A stretch of 60,000 nucleotides of DNA, counting the filler, from Hausera hauseri (taxonomy: Eukaryota), in the NCBI GenBank assembly GCA_046269625.1. It is 13 parts of 13 records of this genome, joined end to end, with 100 filler letters (N's around TTAATTAATTAA, not from the genome) between each part and the next. Parts side by side here need not be neighbours in the genome. Positions count along the whole stretch, not along the records: positions 50,564 to 55,806 come from JBJURY010300945.1; positions 55,907 to 60,000 come from JBJURY010766095.1; 11 more parts are not named here. The stretch is one strand, 5' to 3'. The position numbers and the translations under genes were made by a program. The notes under the pieces are model-generated. The model did no database searches and was not told the origin of the DNA. It was given only the letters and a program-made list of their open reading frames with translations. Shown here one piece after another: positions 51,194-60,000 of this stretch; the stretch's first letter is position 1, and every line of letters starts with the position of its first letter.

Positions 51194-53045
51194 ATGGTTG
51201 AATGTCGAAATGAGAGACCCGCACGACACGGCTTTTCCATCTTTGGAAATTTCACAAAAGCCGGAAAATAGTCAAATGTCAATTCCGTTCTCCAATTACT
51301 TTGCCAAAATGAGTTTAGTTTATTCAAAAAAATATGCAACATCCAGTCAGACAATCACAACCACATTCGCAATACCATTTGACGAAAGAAATTCATTGAA
51401 CCGGATGCCGTTGCGTCAAATTCACTGAAACGAAATTTAACAGAAATCTGCTCCAGTTGGGCAGTTCGTGTGGAAAGTCACATAGCACCGGATCAGAGTT
51501 TGAGAATTTTCATCATTGGTGAAAAACAATCGACATTAGATGCGAAAAAACGTGTATTGCGATTGCTTCAGACACAGAATGAAATCAGTTTGGATATTCC
51601 AAAAGAATTTCACAAAAGCCTCATTGGAGCCAAAGGAGCAACATTGAAAGACTTGGAAAATGAGTCAAGCACGCAGATTCTTATTCCGAAGCCAAATGAA
51701 AATTCCAATATTATTCGTATACGAGGTCCCAAAGGCGGTGTTGAACATGCAAAACAATTAATTCAAAAGCTTGTGGATGAAATGTTAAAAATTGGTCAAC
51801 AGGTAGTTGAAATTGACAAGAGGTATCACCAGTTGGTATGCCACAAGAATAATTCAAGTCTTTATGTTGTGATTGAGCGAACGAACCTTCGTCTCGATAT
51901 TCCTCCCTTCTCTGTAAATAAAAATGAGATCTCAATTTCAGGTGATATAGGTGTCACTCAAGCTGCCAGTATTTTAAAACAGACATATAATATGATGCGA
52001 GCAAATAATCAGGAATTGCAAATTGAAATCCCAAAAGAAAAGCATCGCTTTGTTATTGGTCCGAAAGGAAGTGGGATTAAAGAGATCTTGGATAGCACAA
52101 ATGTTTGGGTCGAAATAAATGACAATAAACTCTCAGATGCTTCTCCAAATACAATTTGTCTTTTGGGACCAAAGGAAAACCTGGGACCGTCTCTTACAAT
52201 GGTTTTCATGAAATCGGAAAGCATCAATATTATAACTGTTGATGCACCTGGGTCGCTTCACAAGTATATTATTGGTAAAAATGGGTCAAATTTGGAAGAA
52301 CTAACAGGATAAAGTTAATGTTCATTTGAGTTTTGAAACGGAAACCAATCAAATTATAATTGAAGGAGCACCAGAAGAGGTTGAAGTAGTAGCGGAGAAA
52401 TTGAAAAAGAAAGTATTCGACTTTCAGACATATTTAACTCAGATACAACTTGAAATTCATCCTGTTCATATTAAAAATGTCATCGGTACGGGTGGATCAA
52501 ATATTCAGAAACTCAGAAAGGAAACAAATTGCAGTATTCGATTCTTCATGGACCCAACAAACAGATTTGTAACAATTGTTGGAAGTCCAGCAGAAGTGGA
52601 AGTCTCTAAAGCATCTCTGTTGAAAACTGCAGAGCACATCGAAAATACGAAACGTAAAGTTGTCATTCTCACACACTATTTGATTCCACAGCTGATTGGT
52701 CAGAATGGTAAAGGATTAAAAGAAATCAAAGAAAAATATCCAGAAGTCCGCTTTACAATTCCATCACCAGAAGCAAAAATAGATTTAATCACTTTACTAG
52801 GTCCCCGTAAAGATGCGGATTCTGTTGCTCTCATTCTTCAGAAAAAGCATAATGGTTGAGTCCAATTACTCAGAAAAAATCATTATACCTCGAAAATATC
52901 ACAAAGTCATTATCGGTAGAGAAGGAATAACAATCAAAGATTTAACTAAAACAACAAATACAAAGTTTCAAATTCCTCATCCGAATGATGAAAAGGATGA
53001 AATTATTATCACAGGGAAAAAATCCGACGTTCAAAATGCCATTCA
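51194..53045 (+). pseudogene. HDLBP: Intronless, disrupted 5' half of vigilin (multi-KH domain protein)
   Basis: Tandem KH GxxG repeats HKSLIGAKG, HRFVIGPKG, HKYIIGKNG, NVIGTGG, LIGQNG and HKVIIGREG. N-terminal AFPSL and ITTTFAIPFDER as in vigilin. Frameshifts; similarity ends abruptly. Confidence 0.9.
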
Positions 53046-54341
53046 TAAAGATCAGCTACTTGTAGCTATTCGCGGAAAAACGCCCGATGGAGAATCTCTG
53101 AATAGTAAAACTATTTTAGAAATGACTTTGGAACTGAAAGATGACTCTAGTAGGATAGTTGTTCACACTACTGCACCTTGTTTCGTACCGAAAGTTTATA
53201 CAAAAATTATAACTTACATGTCTATTTATTGCAATAAAACGCTTTCGACGTATAGTGAAAGACAGTCGTTCAAAAACACCAACGACACTATTGATCGATT
53301 CAACAATTTAGAATCGGCGTATCTACTCAGTATACTTCACATTCAAGAGAATCGATCAGTTTTGGCCACTGCAGTATTCCAAAGGTCACAACTCAAATCC
53401 GGACATATCACCCGTAAGACGACGCGGTTGACCTGCAAAGACACCTATGTGCAATCCCCACCACTGGTCATGGAGAAATCTATACACTATCAAGTGAGAT
53501 ATTTTTTATACATTTTTTATCCATGATATTTTTTATCCATTTTTCCCCTACTACCTTGCCCATTATTTTGCTGGCACAACATAGCTTTCTCGTAGTTTTG
53601 TAAGTAGGGAAATATCTCAATCTTATTTACATAGACGCAACAGTAGTTTCGGACTTGTTGTATATTCATATAAGCGTTTAGCCCATACCATTCGTTGTAA
53701 GATATCCAACTACGTGTTCACGACCCTTTTTAGATCATTTTAAGACCATATTCCGATCCCTAAGATTCATCGAAAACAAACCAGTTAATGATTACAGTAC
53801 CCCTTTTACATTGTGTCTACTGTTTGTTATTTGTCGAAATCAAGTTGTCAGTGAAAAGCTACTTCTGCTATGTGGTTTCACTTCCAAATCTCAATCTACC
53901 GCTTGTCATAATCGAATGCTGACGGAACAGATTATAAACTTACTTAACTATTCCGTAAAAGTTAGGAATTTAATTGTAACAAACGGTCACATCAAAATTA
54001 TATTTAATAATAATCCGTCGAATAGTAAACAATTTAACGAAGTTTTCAGTTTTTCTTTACGAGATTTTGTATGCGATTTAATAAACATTACATCGTGGGA
54101 AAATTGGGATTATTCAAATAGATGGTATTCATCATTTTACATTGGTCCATGTTGGCAGCATTACCTTTCCTCTTTAATTACCATTCCACCCGTTTTTGGT
54201 CGTCTCGAATATTTGACTTACAACTTTTATCCAGTAAAGGCGTCCCTTGGAGACAGATATTGCTATTATTCTGACAGGACTCCTACCACCTTTGGAATTC
54301 TAAATAATTTCAGCAAAATACTTCTTTGTTTTAATCCTTAG

Positions 54342-55806
54342 GTGATAAACTTCGTCTATCCTATTCAACCGTTGCTTCACTTTATCCTTTGTCCACAACA
54401 TAACTTTTCGGGATACCTTGCACTCGCAAGAATTCGCAAACTTGACGACGGCCACATAAAAATTAAGGAAGTGGTCCAGGCACTTCATTCTTTTGAGTTG
54501 AAAACAAACCATAGCATGATAAATCAATCAACCTTCCGTACTACATCAATAAGTGCCACGCCATGGTGTGTTTTTTCACTACACCAACAACTAGAGTTTA
54601 CACCGACTATACCTTTTTCATTCTTTCTAAACAATCACCATTTACTGACGCATAGAATGACAAATTCGATAGATGCATCCTACCTACACAACTACGTACT
54701 ACACGTCGCCAACCTCTTCGATTTTTATCTTACGTACAATAATCTTCCAATAACTAACACCAATCTCAATAGCGTTTCTGTACCTTCAACCCATTGCATC
54801 ATCATTCACATACACATTTGCTTACATCGTGGAATGGAATCATCACCTACCATTAACACTACTGACCGAAATACCTCCAAAACATCACATTTTGAGTTCA
54901 ACCAAAAATCGTCGATCGTTACCACGCCATCGTCTTTCAGTAGTTATGCTTCTACAGTCTCGCCAGTCAAACACACTTCTCAATGCACAGAGTATTTTAT
55001 TGACCACAACAGTCTAACAAAACATGGCTTAGCTTCCACAAAGTCTGGTTGTAATCAAACAATATCACTGATCCGGTAACTAAGGCCTATAACCTGCTTT
55101 GTCTTTTACCAACAACTGTAAAAACGGCCATTCATGATTTGCTCCATATCTTCTAGAATCCTGATCCATACACGCATCTTTACAACTCCGTTTTGAAACT
55201 TACGGAACCATCTATGGACTCAATAATTCACCGTTTCTTCAACGACAATGCAATGGGGGAGCAAAAACTATCTGATTTCCTAAGAACTTCACTCGTGCAA
55301 TTTCAAACACTTGGCGTGACCAAACAACATAACGCTGATTTTCTGCGACGCTACTTCTTGAATGCATTGCCCATACAAATTAAGGCCTTACTTACTGTCG
55401 TTGAAGATTTGACGACTCTTGATCAATTGTCCGAACTGGAGGACAAAACATATGAGGTTTTGAACGCACACACTCAACCAATCATTTCTGTAGCAGTTAC
55501 TACCAACAATGTTTCACTCGAACAGCAGTTAAACGAATTACGCGCCAAAAATGCGGCACTCCATCACACCATCAACTCTATCAATGATAAATTGAATAAT
55601 CTTTCTTTACAGTGTCGTAATGTGCCTTTGTCTAACTGAACACGTTCTCCCTTCAGAAATCGAACATCTTCACCCACGAGGTCGCTTGTATGCTATTATT
55701 ACACCAAATTTAGTAACAACGCAAATAAGTGTTGCTTAGGTTGTAAATATTATTCGCCAAATCTAGATTCAAGTAATATAATTTGCGTCTATCATTCAAA
55801 ATTCGG
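54342..55806 (+). mobile_element. Ty3/Gypsy gag region, degenerate
   Basis: NITDPVTKAYNLLCLLP, MGEQKLSDFLR...FLNALPIQIK.LL...LDQLSEL.DK, a coiled coil, then CYYYTKF...A.KC...C knuckle-like motifs. The 5' boundary is uncertain. Confidence 0.72.
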
Positions 55807-55906
55807 NNNNNNNNNNNNNNNNNNNNNNNNNNNNNNNNNNNNNNNNNNNNTTAATTAATTAANNNNNNNNNNNNNNNNNNNNNNNNNNNNNNNNNNNNNN
55901 NNNNNN

Positions 55907-56485
55907 AGGGAGCGCAGGCCTGCAGCTGTGGCGCTCAGAGCCTCCACAGCTGTGGCGGAGGGAGGAGGTGTCAGCCATGCTTGGCACTCCTCGCCGAGTC
56001 AGCTGGGAATGGCTGGCTTCCCTTCACACGAGCGTCAGAACACATGATGCACTGCTGGAGACGCACGGAGCACCGTGTGGCGCAGCGAAACACTTCTAAA
56101 ATCATCTGACAGATTTGCAGCAAAAAAAGGCAAAATCCAATCTTTTCGGGGCAGCTGCCAACATCAATCTCAGCCGATGACGACACGTGGAATAACTCAT
56201 ATATACAAAGATTATTTGTGACAGCTCAATAAGCAGAGGTTTGTTTATTTGGAGGCTAATTAGCAGACCGCCGGCTTTTGCATTCGGCCAGCTAGCCGGT
56301 CGCCATGGCGAAAGTCTGAGAGGGGGCAGTTGACCACATTCAGGAAGTCACCCAGAATCCACAGACGGAGAGGGTCTACTCAAAGAACGTCTCTCCACCG
56401 CTGACTCCAGGGTCCTCCAGCATCTCTGTGCGAGGCCCCGCCCTCCCAGGATGCGCGGTGACTCCTGACATTTCGGTCCTCCTGC
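55907..56485. other. GC-rich non-coding segment compositionally foreign to the rest of the window
   Basis: Abrupt change from AT-rich MTR4 sequence to GC-rich, vertebrate-like sequence near 56485, with no gap. Confidence 0.55.
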
Positions 56486-56489
56486 ATCA

Positions 56490-58436
56490 GAATAAGTTTG
56501 GATTTGTTTTTGTTTTTCTTCCTTTATCTTATAGTTTTGTAATACTTCTGGAAAGTTTCTTAGTTTAAGTAGTTCATGGCTATCTAGCAGTGGGAAATCT
56601 TCAACTATGGAAAAATTCAGAATTAGAATCTCACTTAGAGAACAAATGCTTGCAAATTTTAGTGATACTACTTCAGCAGATGCGGCTTCGTCCGGTCGAG
56701 GTGGTCTTATAAGGGCTTTTTTATTGTCATTGGGCATGGCAGCTACTGCCAATAAACACTCAACCAAATAAAATGTATATTCGGGTGCTGAATTAGGAAA
56801 TTTTGGCAGCGGTGGTTGTTGTCGTCTTATATTGACGACTGCATCCCAAACGAAATCATCATTTTCACGTTTGACTTTAATTAATTGTCCCGGTTGTAGA
56901 AAATTTACAAGTCTGGTGGATTTTTGAATGTTATCCATTTCTTTATCATAAGCCAGTTGAAGTGCTTCATTCAACTCATGATGCAAAGAAACGATTTCTT
57001 CATGTTCAATATGGATTTTTATAAAATCTTCGCTTAATAGTTTCAATTGTTCTTCTGCTTCGGGTATAAAAGCCTGATTTTGGAATTGAAACAAAAAACT
57101 TCTCTCAATCATGTATTCTGGATTGATACCTTCAACTTTCATCAAATTGAGAAGCGTATTGTACGTAATATGAAAAGCGGAATTCAAAGGATCTGGGCTG
57201 CCTTGAATAATATGTCGAGCACCCGATTCATTCATTGTTTTATCGACCATAAAAATAATTGTACCTCACATCTTTACCTCTCTGACCAGCCCTACCTGAC
57301 ATTTGAATATGGTCATTGGCAGAGATCTAGCGATATTCGAATCCATCGAACTTTCTTGCGGTAGTAAACAAAACAGTCTTTGCCGGCATATTAAGACCCT
57401 TAGCAAAGGTTTCGGTTGCAAAAAGACACTTCAATAAACCTTCAGAGATCAGGATTTCAACAGTTTCCTTTAATATTCGCAAAAAACTGCCATGATGTTC
57501 ACCAATTTCTTTGTGTAAAAGTGGAAGCAGTGTAATGACCTGTGGTAACTCCTTATCGACATCAGAAAGGCATTCTATTGAGTTTTTGAAAACTTCGTCA
57601 ACAAAAGCAGTTTCTTGTTCGGAGTTAAAATTCAGTTTAGACAACTGCATTGCATAAAGCTCACATTCCTTCTTACTGAAGGAAAATACAATCGACGGCT
57701 CTAATCTATGTTCCATAATTAATCGGACAATTTTAAAAACATTCGATTCGTTCTTCAATGATCGTGCCGCCATCAATAAGCCGGTACGTTTACTACTGCT
57801 ACTCTCGGAGTTAGGACCAAATTTACTCATAACTGCTTTAAAATTATCATCGAGAAAGTTACCCTTGTCGTCGATAACTAACAATAAACCATCGCCATCA
57901 CCAGGGAAAATGTAATGATGCAATATATCCGCACGAAATTTCGTGAACACAACATGACAAAGTTGACTATGGAGAAAAGAAACCCATTCGGTAAACTGTC
58001 GAGCATTCGGAATAGTTGCACTGAGGGATGTATGACCAACTTCTCGCATAATCGAACTTCCTCTGTGCAACATAGACTGTAAAATTTCTGTTGTCATAAT
58101 TAAGACACTCGCATTCGGAGATAATGTAACATCGCCAGTGAGTAATTCCATTTCGAAAAATTCATCCGAAAATTCCCGATACTTTTGGTTACTGAGGACT
58201 TTATTGAATGTTGTAATAACTTGTTGTTTGTCACCCAATGCTTTGGCTATTGCATATTCTGCCATTGCAGTTCTTTTAGCTGATGTATGATCTGAAACTA
58301 AGGCCTACTGACGATTTTCAATGCGTAAAATTGCCGCTTTTTGAAAACTATCTGATTTAAACTTAAACGTCTTCAAAGGTGGTTGAATTGATTCTTTCAA
58401 ACCTTCATACTCCACTGTTGGAGGGTATGACACCAT
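56490..58436 (-). pseudogene. MTREX: Intronless, deleted and disrupted MTR4/SKIV2L2 RNA helicase fragment
   Basis: FQK.AI..IEN.Q..LVSDHTSAKRTAMAEYAIA (dead Walker A), TGDVT...IMTTEIL, LSATIPNARQF, IVFSFSKKECE, LFATETFA.GLNMPAKTVLFT and DPLNSAFHITYN.LLNL. The DEIH motif II segment is deleted. Confidence 0.93.
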
Positions 58437-59308
58437 TATTAAATCCATTAAGAAAATGTTGAAAACTAATAACGAAACGCTAATTTCAAAACGAAGTTTA
58501 GTGTATTTCTCTATTCAAATTCAAAAAACAAATTTGTCAATATCTTATTGATCAACGTAAGTACCATAATCTATGATCATTATGTTAAAGTCAGACTGTT
58601 TGATTGTTTATTTGTGGGTCTGGAATAGAATATACCTTCAAGACATCGTCCTTAATCCAGATATTGATTTTATACTGAGTAAAATTATAATTGTGATAGG
58701 CCACATATTTGATGGATAGTTTTATTTTGGTAGAACAACTATGAATATTCGATCAAAACTTTTATTGACCTATCGGTTGACCTGTCTTTGAACCGTCTAT
58801 TATCGATTATTGTTAACTTGTCGAAACATTGTGTGGCCAATCTGTAACAGGAATACACGTTTCAGATTGTTGTGGTCTTGATGGAACATTCCAGCGCGAC
58901 GAGAAAAACCAATAAAAACACATGTATTCATAGGCAATTACTAACAAAAGAGAACAAATTAGGAAATAATAACAATGTATGTATAAACTCCAACTGTTAG
59001 GCAGAATTGTTGGTCACAAATAAGTTGCTATTACTGTCTATCAAACCATCAGTTCAATTATTCATATTCAGTGACTTCCTTTTTTGGAAATCACTTGTTA
59101 CTCCTCGGCACATTCTGATTTTCGACGATTTGATGGTGGAAATGGAAACAACAGTAGTGTTTCGGACAAATTCAAATCGGAAGGATTTTCGACGTATTCT
59201 GTTACATTGTTATGAGATGTTGAATACTCAATGGTTCCAACTTTGGTTGTATCTCATCAAATTTTATACAGTTTAATTTTTCTTTTATGTAATTTGTTCT
59301 GAGTAGAT

Positions 59309-59338
59309 TGTGGTGACGCCAGAATCCGCGGCACCACA
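59309..59338 (-). repeat. 30-bp mini-LTR with 7-bp terminal inverted repeats
   Basis: Minus strand TGTGGTGCCGCGGATTCTGGCGTCACCACA, directly after the purine tract ACGGGGGCAG. Confidence 0.78.
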
Positions 59339-60000
59339 CTGCCCCCGTTATAAAATGACACTGTTGGGGCGAAAGCAGAAAGATAAAGCAGTGAGGTGTA
59401 GACGAACTATTGAAAGAAGCAAGTTTTTGATATGATTGAAACAGAAACGTGGAAAGATTACGTTTTGTGAGCTGTTGCATCTTTGTATGGACAAGGCGTT
59501 GAATTTTGTCGGCATTCTGTTCTCTCCTATATTTGCTGAAGGTAACCGTCTTATGTTTCTTACTGTGTTAATTGATTGCTTGCTGAGTTGGTTGGGAAAA
59601 AATTAAACTTTGATTTGATGTGTCAGCAGCTTGAGAACTGATCGGTATAGCGTTTGGTGTAATGTTTTGAGTTAATGCAGGCTTTGGAGTAGCAGGTTGT
59701 CGTGCAGGTAAAATTGGAGAAGAATTGAAAGAATCAAGAAAGTTTTGTGTGGATTGGGTGTATCATCGACGAAGAATGCTGGTTTTACGTTATTTATGTG
59801 TACGTTTTCCTCTTTATCGTTTTTGAGTATGGTAACTGTGTGTGAACTTAGGTTGAGGACTTTAAGTGGTTCTAAATAGTTTGGTTGGAATCCTGTAGGT
59901 GAAGGGTTTTTATCCAAACGAAGTTTGCGTTGAATAATGAATCAGGTAAGTATGTTTTGTCTCCATGTACTATTTTGCAGAAAGAATCCTGGCTTAACTG
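59339..60000 (-). mobile_element. Gypsy family C integrase C-terminus and 3' UTR
   Basis: GFQPNYLEPLKV...VHINNVKPAFFVDD is homologous to family A GFQPRYLGPYK...VHITNLKPAFFVDD. The 3' UTR matches 8408-8661. Confidence 0.88.

Noticed and set aside
4584-55906. Regularly spaced TTAATTAATTAA palindromes as a repeat array or recombination sites
   Set aside because: Always embedded in N-runs of fixed length; an assembly linker. ORFs containing X or ending LIN are artifacts of it.

Overview
This is not one continuous locus. It is 13 contigs of about 4-5 kb joined by artificial 100-bp spacers (N-run, TTAATTAATTAA, N-run). The source is an AT-rich metazoan genome; a planarian-type flatworm is my inference, not proven. 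Contents: (i) decayed Polinton/adintovirus modules (two capsid cassettes of penton, core-like protein and major capsid, one also with a protease; two unrelated protein-primed PolB genes); (ii) several Ty3/Gypsy families; (iii) two contigs from large degenerate polyprotein elements ending in a chuvirus-like fusion glycoprotein, preceded by host-like accessory domains (Bcl-2-like, catalytically dead ISG20/REX4-like exonuclease, ubiquitin-like, AT-hook); (iv) intronless host-gene fragments (MED12, an in-frame BRO1-FBXO38 chimera, vigilin, MTR4, alpha-tubulin), all broken except the chimera; (v) piggyBac, RTE and SINE relics. The most unusual signal is a Gypsy lineage whose LTR start (TGTGGTGCC...) stops at a fixed point, about 113 bp in one family and 17 bp in a sister family, usually at a GGATTC-like motif. 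It is then joined to a different same-strand host sequence in each copy. A cargo-free 30-bp LTR and a TSD-flanked 183-bp cassette with the same type of ends are also present. Together these suggest split-LTR retrotransposons that capture host RNAs inside their LTRs. All protein assignments are by motif recognition from memory; no searches were run.
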